A stretch of 54,657 nucleotides of DNA from Candidatus Eiseniibacteriota bacterium (GTDB lineage Bacteria > Eisenbacteria > RBG-16-71-46): NCBI GenBank assembly GCA_044222065.1, contig JBGAOA010000024.1, forward strand, positions 1 to 54,657, written 5' to 3'. Positions 10,150 through 20,595 of this stretch are shown one piece after another; within the stretch, counting starts at the first letter, position 1, and each line of letters opens with the position of its first letter. The notes under the pieces were generated by a model. The model was not told where the DNA came from, ran no database searches, and saw only the letters and a list, made by a program, of their open reading frames with translations. A program made the translations under genes and the position numbers.

Positions 10150-12720
10150 TCAGTCGGCGGCGCCCGCACGGCGGCGCGCGATCACGAGCGTGATGTCGTC
10201 GGCGGGTCCCTGAGTCCCCTCGAACGTGCGCACCTCGGCCGCGATGCGCTCGGCGAGCGTCGCGCACGGCAGGTCGCGGCCGACGCGCAGGGCGTTCAGC
10301 AGCCGCTCCTCGCCCCACAGCTCTCCCGAGGCGTTCTGGCCCTCGGTGACGCCGTCGGTGTAAAGCGCGACGAAGTCTCCCGGCTCGATCACCGCTTCAC
10401 CGTGGTCGAAGTGACTGCCGGGCAGGATGCCGAGGATCAGCCCGCCCGTCGTCAGCCACTCGTGCTCGCCGTTCGTCCGCACGATCACGGGCGGATTGTG
10501 TCCCGCGTTCGCGTACACGAGCTGTCCGGTCTTCCCGTCGAGGAAGCCGATGAACGCGGTGACGAACTTGCCGGGCTGGACGCTGCGGAGCAGGAACTCG
10601 TTCAGCCGTTCCGCGACGCTCGACGGCGCGGACGCCGACAGGTCCTGGCTCACGAGCGAGGCGCGGAAGCCCGACATGAGCAGCGCCGCCGGCACGCCTT
10701 TGCCCGAGACGTCCGCGACCACCAGCAGCACGCGTTCGTCGCCGAGATCGATGTGGTCGAAGTAATCGCCGCCGACTTCGCGCGCGGACTCGCTCAGGCC
10801 CGCGATCTCGAGCCCCGCGATCGCGGGCGGGGCCGCGGGCAGGAGGCGCGCCTGGATCTGCCGCGCGAGCGACAATTCGCTCTCGAGGCGGTGCTTCTCC
10901 TTCTCGAGCCCCTGAGCGCGTTCGAGGCCCGCGACCGCCTGGTTGAACGTCGCGGCGACGTCCCACAGGTCGTCCCGGCCCGCGACCTCGATGCGATGGT
11001 CGAACGTGCCGCCCTCGAGCCGGCGGGCGCCGACCTTCAGCGCCTGGATCGCGGACGTGATGCTGCGCGCCATGTTCGTCACCATGACGACGTCGAACAG
11101 CAGCACGAACAGCGCGAGGACGAGCGTGAGGGACAGCAGCACGATCGGCAGCACGCTCAATCGGTTCTCTCGCGCCGTGTCGAGCAGGCCGCCGAGCAGT
11201 TCGCCGATCGGCACGTGCGAGTCCACGACGGCGTCGCGCGGCACCCAGCGTCCGCGCCGGAACGCGAGCCCCTCGATCGTCGCGTGGCCGTTCAGCAGGA
11301 AGTACGGATCGTCGTCGGACGACACCTGGCGCCGCTTTCCGTCGGTCGTGATCGAGATCCGAGGTCGATTGCGCCGGCCGCGCCCGCGCTCGTCCGCCGT
11401 GACGACCGAGTCCGGGATGCCGAGACGGCGCGTGATGCGCCGCGCGGCCTCGAGCTCGACCGAGTCCCGTCCGCCGGCGATCGCTGCGGCGGAATCGAGC
11501 GCCGCGTCGACGGCCGCGAGCGCCGAGTCCGCTTCGTCCTCGGCGTCCTCGTCGAATTCCGTCGCCGTCGACGTGCGCGCGGAGTCCGCGCGCAAGGTCG
11601 TGCTTCCCGCGAACGCGATGTGCGCCCGGGCGACGGGCGACACGACGCGCGCGAGGAACGTGTCGGCGGGGACGAACGCGACCGCGAACGCGCCGTCGGC
11701 CCCGCGCGCGAGCGCGCCGAGGAACCGGCGGCCGCCGAGGCCGACGAGCGCGTCGTGCGCGACGCTGTCCCGCTGCGCGATCCACTGCGCGACCTCGCCG
11801 CGGCGCCCGAGCGTGTCGGCGTGCAGCGCTTCGACGCGGCCGGCCTTCACGGTCCAGATCAGCATCCCCGGCCAGCGTTCGCGCTGCGCCTCGGCGAGCG
11901 CGCGCAGTCGCGCGTCCGAGGCGCCCTCGCTGAGCGCGGCCTCGAGCGACGCACGCAGCGCGCGGCTCTCGCTCACGACGAAGCGCGCGGCGACGAGCGC
12001 GCGTTCGTTCGACACGCCGAGGATCGTCGTGAACGCCCACAGCGCCGCCATGAGCAGCAGCGGCACCACGACGACGAGCACGTGCGAAAGCGCGAGCCGC
12101 CGGCCGACCGTGCGGATGCCGAGGCTCGGGTCGCGGACGAATCGCACGACCGCCGAGACGGTGCCGGCGATCAGCACGCCGAACGCGATCGTCGAGCACG
12201 CCGAGCCGAACGCCGCGAGCGGGTGGAGCGCCGGCAGCGGCAGTTCCTTCTCGAGGCGCACGGGGCCGACGAGCAGCTGCACGACGAAAAACACGGTGCC
12301 CGCGAGCGCGATCGCGAAGACGCGGCGCGTCTCGAACGCGGCGGTCCAGCGGTGCGCGAGCACGGCCGCGAGCGTGAATCCCGTCGCCACCGTCCACGTG
12401 TTCGTCGCCCACAGGATCAGCGCGACGAACAGCAGCGGGCCGCGCAGCCAGTAGTCGCGGCCGCGGGTGCCATACGCGGACAGCCACGCGACCGGGACCC
12501 ACACCGCGAGTCCCGCGAGGAACAGGAGCGGTGCGAGCAGCGGTCCCGAGGCGGGCGCCTTCGTGACGCGCACCACGAGCGTGAGCGCGTCGAGCGCGAG
12601 CAGCGCGACGAGGAACGCGTTGAGCATGCGTCCGACGCGCTCGGGCCGCGGCACCCGGGCCTCGCGGTGCGCCCAGAGGAGCGGCAGGAGCCACGCGACC
12701 AGTCGGAGGAGGACGAGCAT
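10150..12720 (-). CDS. Multi-TM HAMP-domain SpoIIE/PP2C (RsbU-like) phosphatase
   Basis: ELSLARQIQ, VGGDYFD, DVSGKG, NAGHNPP, YTDGVTE, DDITL; HAMP (GRDDLWDVAATFNQ); many N-terminal TM segments. Confidence 0.92.
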   Translation of the reverse strand: MLVLLRLVAWLLPLLWAHREARVPRPERVGRMLNAFLVALLALDALTLVVRVTKAPASGPLLAPLLFLAGLAVWVPVAWLSAYGTRGRDYWLRGPLLFVALILWATNTWTVATGFTLAAVLAHRWTAAFETRRVFAIALAGTVFFVVQLLVGPVRLEKELPLPALHPLAAFGSACSTIAFGVLIAGTVSAVVRFVRDPSLGIRTVGRRLALSHVLVVVVPLLLMAALWAFTTILGVSNERALVAARFVVSESRALRASLEAALSEGASDARLRALAEAQRERWPGMLIWTVKAGRVEALHADTLGRRGEVAQWIAQRDSVAHDALVGLGGRRFLGALARGADGAFAVAFVPADTFLARVVSPVARAHIAFAGSTTLRADSARTSTATEFDEDAEDEADSALAAVDAALDSAAAIAGGRDSVELEAARRITRRLGIPDSVVTADERGRGRRNRPRISITTDGKRRQVSSDDDPYFLLNGHATIEGLAFRRGRWVPRDAVVDSHVPIGELLGGLLDTARENRLSVLPIVLLSLTLVLALFVLLFDVVMVTNMARSITSAIQALKVGARRLEGGTFDHRIEVAGRDDLWDVAATFNQAVAGLERAQGLEKEKHRLESELSLARQIQARLLPAAPPAIAGLEIAGLSESAREVGGDYFDHIDLGDERVLLVVADVSGKGVPAALLMSGFRASLVSQDLSASAPSSVAERLNEFLLRSVQPGKFVTAFIGFLDGKTGQLVYANAGHNPPVIVRTNGEHEWLTTGGLILGILPGSHFDHGEAVIEPGDFVALYTDGVTEGQNASGELWGEERLLNALRVGRDLPCATLAERIAAEVRTFEGTQGPADDITLVIARRRAGAAD

Positions 12721-12956
12721 TGCGCGGCATCTATACCAGAAGCCCCCCGCGAACGCCGGAGCAGGCCCGCGCTTCGAGGCTGCACTTCCTGCGCGCCGCC
12801 GCCGATAACGCTCGGGACGTCCTCCGGGGCGGCCTCCGAGCGCGCGGCCCCGCGGAATCCGGCGCGAACCGTTGGCGCGCGCCGGGGGAGCGGCTACTCT
12901 GCGGCCGCCGACCGACACGCACACCACAGGCTCTCGCGGGCCGTCCGAGGGAGATC

Positions 12957-14905
12957 ATGAGCGAACCGAACCGTTCCGCCGCGCACGTGAGCGAACACGA
13001 AGCCCGGGCCGTCGCCGAAGCCTCGCGCGAAACGCAGTGGGAGTCGCCGTCGTTCCTGCGCGAGCTCTTCCTCGGCGCGCTGCGCCTCGACCTCATCCAC
13101 CCGTTTCCCGAGCCGGACGCCGAGGAGCAGAAGCGCGGCGACGAGTTCCTTGCGAAGCTCGAGCGCTTCCTGAAGGAGCACGTGGACGCCGAGCGCATCG
13201 AGCGCGACGGACGCATCCCCACGTGGACGCCGAGCGCATCGAGCGCGACGGACGCATCCCTGAGGAGACGATCCAGGGGCTGCGCGAACTCGGCGCGTTC
13301 GGGATCAAGATCCCGCGCGAGTACGGCGGACTTGGGCTGTCGCAGTTCACCTACTGCCGCGCGATGTCGCTCATCAGCACGGTCTCGAGCCCGGTCGTCG
13401 CGCTGCTGTCCGCGCACCAGTCCATCGGCGTCCCGGGCCCGGTCAAGATGTTCGGCACCGACGAGCAGAAGCACCGGCTGCTGCCGCGCCTCGCGAAGGG
13501 CGCGATCTCGGCCTTCGCCCTCACCGAGCCCGAGGTCGGATCGGATCCGGCGCGCATGACGACGACGGCGATTCCGACCGCGGACGGCTCCGCGTACGTG
13601 CTGAACGGCGCGAAGCTGTGGATCACGAACGGCACGATCTCCGAGCTGATGGTCGTGATGGCGCGCACGCCCGGCAAGGACGGCAAGCCCGGACCGATCA
13701 GCGCGTTCGTCGTCGAGTCCGCGTCGCCCGGCGTCGAGGTCACGCACCGGCTCGAGTTCATGGGCGTGCGCGGCATCGAGAACGCGGTGCTGCGGTTCAC
13801 GAACGTGCGCGTGCCGAAGGAGAACCTGCTGTGGGGCGAGGGCAAGGGCCTGAAGCTCGCGCTCATCACGCTCAACACCGGCCGTCTCACGCTGCCCGCG
13901 ACGATGGCCGCGCTCGGCAAGTGGTGCCTCGGCGTGTGCCGCGCGTGGGCGAACGAACGCGTGCAGTGGGGCAAGCCCGTCGGGAAGCACGAGGCGATCG
14001 CGCACATGCTCGCGAAGATGGCCGCCGACACGTACGCGCTCGAGGCCGTCTCGGATCTCGGCACGCTGCTCGCGGACGGCGGCAAGAGCGACATCCGGCT
14101 CGAAGCGGCGATCGCGAAGCTGTGGAACACGGACGTCGCGTGGCAGCTCGCGGACGACGCGATGCAGATCCGCGGCGGCCGCGGCTACGAGACCGCGCCG
14201 AGCCTCGCCTCGCGCGGCGAAGCGCCGGTCGCGCTCGAGCGCGCGATGCGCGACCTGCGCATCAACCGCATCTTCGAGGGCTCGAACCAGGTCATGCGGC
14301 TGTTCATCGCGCGCGAGGCGCTCGACGTGCACCTCAAGGTCGCGGGCGACGTCGTGATGCCGAACGTGCCGCTCGGCAAGCGGCTCTCGGGGCTCGTGCG
14401 CTCGGGGCTGTTCTACGCGGGCTGGTACCCGAGCCGCTGGCTCGGCTGGGGGTGGTGGCCGCAGTACGGCGAGTTCGGTCCGCTCGCGACGCACCTGCGG
14501 TACGTCGAGCGCACCGCGCGCCGGCTCGCGCGCCAGCAGTTCCACCTCATGATCGCGCACGGTCCGGCGCTCGAGCGGCGCCAGGGGCTGCTGTTCCGCT
14601 GCGTGGACATCGGCGCCGAGCTGTACGCGATGGCGGCCGTGTGCGTGCGCGCGCAGCGCGACGTGAAGCGCGGCATCGCGGGCGCGGGCGAGACGCCGTA
14701 CGAGCTCGCTGACGCGTTCTGCCTCGCCGCGCGGCGGCGCGTGACCGCGCTGTTCGAGGCGATCCGCTCGAACGACGACCCGGCGCACACCGAGGTCGCG
14801 AAGGGGCTGCTGACGGGACGCTACGTCTGGCTCGAGCGCGGCATCGTTCCGGCGCCGGTCGCGACCGCCGCCGCTCCGGCGCCGGAGCGACAGCGAAGCG
14901 CCTGA
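12957..14905 (+). pseudogene. Acyl-CoA dehydrogenase (long, VLCAD-like) frameshifted by a 41-bp duplication; pseudogene or assembly artefact
   Basis: N-terminus MSEPNR is in one frame; the catalytic body ([40 protein letters not shown]) is in another. Removing 41 bp gives one 1908-bp ORF. Confidence 0.85.
13179..13260 (+). repeat. Exact 41-bp tandem duplication
   Basis: CACGTGGACGCCGAGCGCATCGAGCGCGACGGACGCATCCC at 13179-13219 and 13220-13260. Confidence 0.97.
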
Positions 14906-14929
14906 CCGCCGCGATTCACGATCCGGCGA

Positions 14930-14966
14930 CGCCCCGGCGCGCGGACTTCCGCTCCGCGCCGGGGCG
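14930..14966 (+). terminator. Hairpin after the acyl-CoA dehydrogenase
   Basis: 12-bp stem CGCCCCGGCGCG/CGCGCCGGGGCG followed by TTCG. Confidence 0.5.
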
Positions 14967-15236
14967 TTCGCGCTTCGAGGCCGCGTTTCGTTGAGGTGGG
15001 TTGCGAGGTGATCCCCGGAGTCGCGCCGCGGGGAGGGGGTTCGATCGGTCCCCGGGGGCGTGATCTCCGGCATTGCCCGTGCGCGGGCCCTCGTGCAATA
15101 TGTCGCGCCGTGGGCCCGCCAGGAAGGCGGGTGCGGCCGTCGGCGGACCATCCTGCGCGCTCGGCGGCCGGCGCGCGAGACTCGCACGAAGCGGGGCGCT
15201 CGCGGCCCCTCGCAGGCCGTCAGGGACGACACGAAC

Positions 15237-17573
15237 GTGGCCTCATCCCTCTCCGAAAAACGCCAGCGCCAGATCCTCGCGCTCCTGCTCGGCGCGTTCG
15301 CGGTGCTGTGTCTCGCGAGCGTCGCGACCTACCGCGCGCCGCTCCCCGGCGCGACGCTCTGGTCCGGCGACAACGCCTGCGGCCCGGTCGGCGCCGCGCT
15401 CTCGTTCGGCCTCGTGTGGGCCGTCGGCCGTCTCGCGTCGTTCACGGTGCCGGTGCTCGCCGCGATGTGGTCGTGGAACCGCCTCCGTTCGCGGCCGGCG
15501 GTCGGGCTCGCGGTGACCTCGGCGATCGGCGTGCTGCTCGTGTTCGAGGTGTGCGTGCTGCTCGGGCTCGGCGGGCTCGACCGCTGGGTGTGGGCGGGCG
15601 GCTGGGGCTTCGCGGCCTCGCTCGCGCTCGAATCCGCGCTCGGCCGCGTCGGCTCGTGGATCGTCGCCGGCGCGCTGTTCGGAGTCACGGCGCTCGCCGC
15701 GAGCGAACTCGGGTTCCACTGGATCGCGCGCCTCGTGAAGGGGGCGGTCACCGTGCCGGCGAACGGCGCGGTCGGCCTGTGGCAAACGCTGCAGGAGCGG
15801 CGCGCCCAGGCGGCGCGCCAGCGCCCGACCCCGAAGCGCGCGAAGACCGAGAAGCGCGTGACCGCCGCGCGCGCAACCGTCGCCGAAGAGGACGCCGCGG
15901 CGGCCGAGGCGCCGCCGCCGCCGCGCATCGCGACGAACGGATCGGGCGGACGGCCGCGCGACGAATCACAGCCGCCCGATGCGGTGCAGACGCGGCTCGC
16001 GCTGCCGGGGCTCGCGAAGCTCGACGCGAAGCCGAAGCCCGCGAAGCCACGATCGGCCGCGAACGGTCCCGTTCCGCCGGGAGCGCCCGCGCTCGCGCCG
16101 ACGGACGAACTGCCGTCGCTCAGCATGCTGCAGCTGCCGGGGCAGCCCGAAGACCTCGTCACTGCACAGGACCTGACGAACGAGGCGAACCTGCTGGTCG
16201 CGAAGCTCGGCGACTTCGGCGTGGACGGCCGCGTCACCGAGATCCATCCCGGCCCCGTCGTCACGACGTTCGAGTTCGAGCCGGCCGCCGGCGTGAAGGT
16301 GAACTCGATCGTCTCGCGCGAAGACGACCTCGCGCTCGCGCTGCGGGCGCAGCGCATCCGCATCCTCGCGCCGATCCCGGGCAAGGGCGCCGTCGGCGTC
16401 GAGATCCCGAACCGGCGCCGCCGCATGGTCTACCTGCGCGAAGTGCTGTCGTCGGCGCCCTACGAGTCGAGCACCGGCGCGCTCAAGGTGCCGCTCGGCG
16501 TCGACGTCGTCGGCGAGCCGTTCGTCTACGACCTCACGAAGATGCCGCACGTGCTCGTCGCCGGCGCGACCGGCTCGGGCAAGAGCGTGTGCCTGAATTC
16601 GATCATCACGGGCCTGCTGTTCCAGCACGGGCCGGACACGCTGCAGATGGTGATGATCGATCCCAAGATGCTCGAGCTGTCGGCCTACAACGGCATCCCG
16701 CACCTCGTCATGCCGGTCGTGACCGAGCCGAAGCGCGCGAGCCGCGCGCTGCGTTGGGGCGTCGCCGAGATGGAGAAGCGCTACAAGCTCATGGCGACGA
16801 CGGGCGCGCGGAACATCGCCGCATACAACGAGAAGGTCGCGGCGGGCCAGGTGCCCAGCCCCGAGGCCGGCTCGCCGCCGCCGACGAAGCTGTCGTTCAT
16901 CGTGGTCGTGATCGACGAACTCGCGGACCTCATGCTCACGGCGCCGGCCGAGATCGAGGAGCCAATCGCGAGGCTCGCGCAGATGGCGCGCGCCGTCGGC
17001 ATCCACCTCGTGCTCGCGACGCAGCGGCCGTCGGTGGACGTCATCACCGGAGTCATCAAGGCGAACTTCCCGTCGCGGATCGCGTTCCAGGTCGCGAGCA
17101 AGACGGACTCGCGCACGGTGCTCGACATGAACGGCGCCGAGAACCTGCTCGGTCACGGCGACATGCTGTTCATGCCGGCCGGCAAGCCCGAGCCCTACCG
17201 CATCCACGGGGCGTACGTGTCCGAGGAGGAGAGCGCGCGCGTCGTCGACTTCTGGCGCGCGAAGGCGCAGCCGGGCGCGGCACCCCCGCTCGCGACCGAC
17301 GCGAACATCCCCGACACCGACGAGGCCGAGGAGGGCGAGGGGCTCGACGATCCCTTCGACGACGAGCTCATCAAGGAAGCCGCGCGCATCGTCGTCATGC
17401 ACGCGCAGGGCTCGACCTCGCTGCTCCAGCGCCGGCTCAAGGTCGGCTACTCGCGCGCGGGGCGGCTCATGGACCAGCTCGAGCAGCTCGGCGTCGTCGG
17501 CGCGTTCCAGGGCAGCAAGGCGCGCGAGGTGCTCGTGGACCAGCACTGGCTGCAGCAGCACGGGTTCGAATAG
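15237..17573 (+). CDS. ftsK: DNA translocase FtsK
   Basis: N-terminal TM domain, Walker A GATGSGKS, IDPKMLEL, IDELADLM, ATQRPS, gamma domain LQRRLKVGYSRAGRL. GTG start inferred. Confidence 0.96.
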   Translation: MASSLSEKRQRQILALLLGAFAVLCLASVATYRAPLPGATLWSGDNACGPVGAALSFGLVWAVGRLASFTVPVLAAMWSWNRLRSRPAVGLAVTSAIGVLLVFEVCVLLGLGGLDRWVWAGGWGFAASLALESALGRVGSWIVAGALFGVTALAASELGFHWIARLVKGAVTVPANGAVGLWQTLQERRAQAARQRPTPKRAKTEKRVTAARATVAEEDAAAAEAPPPPRIATNGSGGRPRDESQPPDAVQTRLALPGLAKLDAKPKPAKPRSAANGPVPPGAPALAPTDELPSLSMLQLPGQPEDLVTAQDLTNEANLLVAKLGDFGVDGRVTEIHPGPVVTTFEFEPAAGVKVNSIVSREDDLALALRAQRIRILAPIPGKGAVGVEIPNRRRRMVYLREVLSSAPYESSTGALKVPLGVDVVGEPFVYDLTKMPHVLVAGATGSGKSVCLNSIITGLLFQHGPDTLQMVMIDPKMLELSAYNGIPHLVMPVVTEPKRASRALRWGVAEMEKRYKLMATTGARNIAAYNEKVAAGQVPSPEAGSPPPTKLSFIVVVIDELADLMLTAPAEIEEPIARLAQMARAVGIHLVLATQRPSVDVITGVIKANFPSRIAFQVASKTDSRTVLDMNGAENLLGHGDMLFMPAGKPEPYRIHGAYVSEEESARVVDFWRAKAQPGAAPPLATDANIPDTDEAEEGEGLDDPFDDELIKEAARIVVMHAQGSTSLLQRRLKVGYSRAGRLMDQLEQLGVVGAFQGSKAREVLVDQHWLQQHGFE

Positions 17574-17654
17574 GGAGAAAAGGGCCCCGGGCTGGGGTAT
17601 GATGCCCGGCCTTTGCCGCCCTTCTAAGCGCCCCACGACGGAACTCCGATCGGC

Positions 17655-19028
17655 TTGAAGAACGCCTCCCATACGCCCGCGCTGGCCTTCGTCACGCTCG
17701 GTTGCCCGAAGAACACCGTGGATTCCGAGCACATGCTCGGGGCGCTCGTGCGCGATGGGTTCCGCACGGTGGGCGATCCGGGCGAGGCCGACGTCGCCGT
17801 CGTGAACACGTGCGCGTTCCTCCAGAGCGCCGTGCGCGAATCGCGTGACGCGATCTCGCGGCTCGCCGAACTCAAGCAGGAGGGACGGCTGCGCGGCCTC
17901 ATCGTGACCGGCTGCCTCGCGCAGCGCGCGGGCGAGGGGCTGCTCGCCGACTTCCCCGAAGTGGACGTCGTGCTCGGCACCGGCCAGTGGCGCGAGGTCG
18001 TCGGCGCGGCGCACCGGCTCGTGAACGGCGGAATGGAGCGGCTCGCGCGCACGGAGTTCCCCGGAGGCGCGCTCGACACGCTCGCGCCCCGCGCGCTCTC
18101 GACGCCGCGGCACCTCGCGTACCTGAAGATCTCGGAGGGCTGCGATCACCGCTGCACGTTCTGCATCATCCCGCGGCTGCGCGGCGACCAGCGCAGCAAG
18201 CCGGTCGAGGCGCTCGTCGAGGAGGCGCGCGCGCTCGCGCGCTCCGGAGTCCGCGAGCTGAACCTGATCGGGCAGGACACGACCGGCTACGGCGCCGACC
18301 TGCCCGGCCGCCCGGAACTCGCCGACCTGCTCGAGGCGCTCGACGCGATCGAGGAACTGACATGGATCCGCGTCCAGTACACGTACCCGCGGCTCTGGAG
18401 CGACCGGCTGATCGCGACGTGGGCGCGCGCGAAGCGCGTCGTGCCGTACGTGGACATGCCGCTCCAGCACATCGCGGCCGACCTGCTGCGCACGATGGGG
18501 CGCGCGATGACCGAGCGCGACACGCGCGCGCTCGTGCGGCGCATCAAGGACGGCATCCCGGGCGTGGCGTTCCGGACGAACTTCATCGTCGGCTTTCCCG
18601 GCGAGACCGAGGCGCACTTCGAGACGCTGTGCCGCTATATTGAGGAGGAGCCGTTCGACAACGTCGTCGTGTTCGGGTACGAGCGGGAGCCGGAGACGCC
18701 GTCCCACGCGATGACCCCGCGCGTTCCGGTCGCCCACAGGCGGCAGCGGCGCGCGCGGCTGCTCGCGCTCCAGCAGCGGCTCTCGCGGGAACGGCTCGCG
18801 CGCCGGATCGGCGAGCGGATCCCGGTGATGATCGACGGACCGGCGTCGCGCGGGCAGTGGGCCGCCCGGCACGCGGGTTCGGCGTTCGAGGTGGATGGTG
18901 GAGTCGTCGTCGATGGGGGTCGCTTCACGCCCGGAGATCTCGTGCAGGTGCGCGTGACCGGGTCTTCCGCTTACGATCTGTTCGCGCGGGCCGACGCTCC
19001 GGACCCGCTCCACGTATTGACCCGGTGA
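17655..19028 (+). CDS. rimO: Ribosomal protein S12 methylthiotransferase
   Basis: LGCPKN, VNTCAF, radical SAM CDHRCTFC, YLKISEG, C-terminal TRAM domain. Confidence 0.93.
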   Translation: MKNASHTPALAFVTLGCPKNTVDSEHMLGALVRDGFRTVGDPGEADVAVVNTCAFLQSAVRESRDAISRLAELKQEGRLRGLIVTGCLAQRAGEGLLADFPEVDVVLGTGQWREVVGAAHRLVNGGMERLARTEFPGGALDTLAPRALSTPRHLAYLKISEGCDHRCTFCIIPRLRGDQRSKPVEALVEEARALARSGVRELNLIGQDTTGYGADLPGRPELADLLEALDAIEELTWIRVQYTYPRLWSDRLIATWARAKRVVPYVDMPLQHIAADLLRTMGRAMTERDTRALVRRIKDGIPGVAFRTNFIVGFPGETEAHFETLCRYIEEEPFDNVVVFGYEREPETPSHAMTPRVPVAHRRQRRARLLALQQRLSRERLARRIGERIPVMIDGPASRGQWAARHAGSAFEVDGGVVVDGGRFTPGDLVQVRVTGSSAYDLFARADAPDPLHVLTR

Positions 19029-19039
19029 GGACGCATCCG

Positions 19040-19792
19040 ATGCGATTCTGGTCTCTCGCGGTCGCGCTGACGCTGGTGCTGGCGCCCGGGGCGGCGCACG
19101 CGAAGAAATTCCGCTATGCGAGCGGACCGCAGCCGACCGCCGACAGCACGTTGTCGGTCGCCGAGGTGCAGCTCGATCCGATCGTGCGTCAGCGCGGGCC
19201 GAAGGTCGCGCCGACGAACCTCCAGCTCACCGGTCTCGTCGCGAACGCCGCGATCGAGAAGGCGCTGGCCGCGGCGCCGTTCGACTCGGGCGCGCACGTG
19301 ACGCTCGCCCCGGCCGAGAGCCACCCGCTCAACTTCCTCGTCGAGCACGCCGCGTTGCGCGCGCTCTCGAAGCGCGGAATCACGGCGACCGTGCGGCGCT
19401 CGATCGTGCCGGACGACTCGCTCGCGCTGCTCGCGGATGGCGGTTCGGATCCGGTGCTCGAGTACCAGCTCGCGACGGCGCGCGTGACGTACCTGCGGCT
19501 CGTCGGGGGCTACGTCCTGCCGAGCCGTTCCAAGATCGAGCGCCAGTCGCTCGTCGAGGCGGGGCTCACGTTGCGCGACCCGGCTTCGGCGCGCGTGCTG
19601 TGGGTCGGGGATGCGGCGTACAACCTCGTGGACGTCTTCCCGCGCGGCCAGCTGCCGCTCGTTGAGGACGAGCGGTACTCGGAACTGAAGGGCGCGCTCC
19701 CCGAGCGCAACCTCGGCCGATTCTTCGAGCCGCTCGTGGTGGTCGGCGTCGTCACCGGCCTCGTCGTGCTGTTCTTCCAGAACCGTCCGTGA
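19040..19792 (+). CDS. Hypothetical exported protein with C-terminal hydrophobic tail
   Basis: Signal peptide MRFWSLAVALTLVLAPGAAHA; tail FFEPLVVVGVVTGLVVLFFQNRP; stop overlaps the bamD start (GTGA). Confidence 0.75.
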   Translation: MRFWSLAVALTLVLAPGAAHAKKFRYASGPQPTADSTLSVAEVQLDPIVRQRGPKVAPTNLQLTGLVANAAIEKALAAAPFDSGAHVTLAPAESHPLNFLVEHAALRALSKRGITATVRRSIVPDDSLALLADGGSDPVLEYQLATARVTYLRLVGGYVLPSRSKIERQSLVEAGLTLRDPASARVLWVGDAAYNLVDVFPRGQLPLVEDERYSELKGALPERNLGRFFEPLVVVGVVTGLVVLFFQNRP

Positions 19793-20595
19793 ACGCGCTC
19801 GTCCGCCTTCGGAGCGCCGCGGTCCTCGCGGCGCTCGCGCTCGCGCTCGCCGGCTGCGGCGCGACGGTCGTGCCGCTCATCGGATCGGAATCGGACCGGC
19901 TCTCGGCCGCGCGTCACCTCATGTCGCGGCGCGACTACTTCCCGGCCATCGAGCTGCTCAAGACCTACATCGACCGCAACGCCGGCAGCGAGCACGTGGA
20001 CGAGGGCGTGTACCTGCTCGGCGACTGCTATCTGCACCAGAAGGAGTGGGCGAGCGCCGAGGTCGAGTTCGAGCGGCTGCTGCGCGACTACCCCGAGAGC
20101 GACTCGGCGGCGGCGGCGTCGTACCGGCTCGGCGAGGCGCTCTACGGACAGTCCCGCGGCGAGGACTTCGACCAGGAGTTCACGAACAAGGCGCTCGAGC
20201 AGTGGCAGCGGTACTCCGAGGGCTTTCCCGACCATTGGCTCCACGCCGAGGCCGAGTCGCGCATCGCCCAGCTGCGCGCGCGCCTCGCGCGCAAGCTGCT
20301 GAACAACGGCGTGCTCTACCTGAAGCTCGACGAGCCCGCGGCGGCGCGCGCGTACTTCGAGCGCGTCGAGAGCGACTATCGCGACACGCCGCTCGTCGGC
20401 GAAGCGTGGATCGGGATCGCGCGCTGCGACATCCTCGGCGGCGCGCGCGAGAAGGGCATCGCGCGGCTCCGGTCGCTCGCCGAGACGTACGCGGGCGAGC
20501 CGCTCGGCACGCGCGCGGCGGAAGAGCTGAAGCGCGCGCTGAAGTCGAAGCCGCGGAAGCCGAAGCACTCGCATCGCGCCACGGAAACGAATTGA
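19789..20595 (+). CDS. bamD: Outer membrane protein assembly factor BamD (TPR lipoprotein)
   Basis: Lipobox LAG-C, TPR repeats (FERLLRDYPES), DFDQEFTNKA, LARK...LYLK. Confidence 0.82.
   Translation: MNALVRLRSAAVLAALALALAGCGATVVPLIGSESDRLSAARHLMSRRDYFPAIELLKTYIDRNAGSEHVDEGVYLLGDCYLHQKEWASAEVEFERLLRDYPESDSAAAASYRLGEALYGQSRGEDFDQEFTNKALEQWQRYSEGFPDHWLHAEAESRIAQLRARLARKLLNNGVLYLKLDEPAAARAYFERVESDYRDTPLVGEAWIGIARCDILGGAREKGIARLRSLAETYAGEPLGTRAAEELKRALKSKPRKPKHSHRATETN

Noticed and set aside
15008..15070. Near-direct repeat GTGATCYCCGG upstream of ftsK
   Set aside because: Only 11 bp, two copies, one mismatch; not distinguishable from chance.
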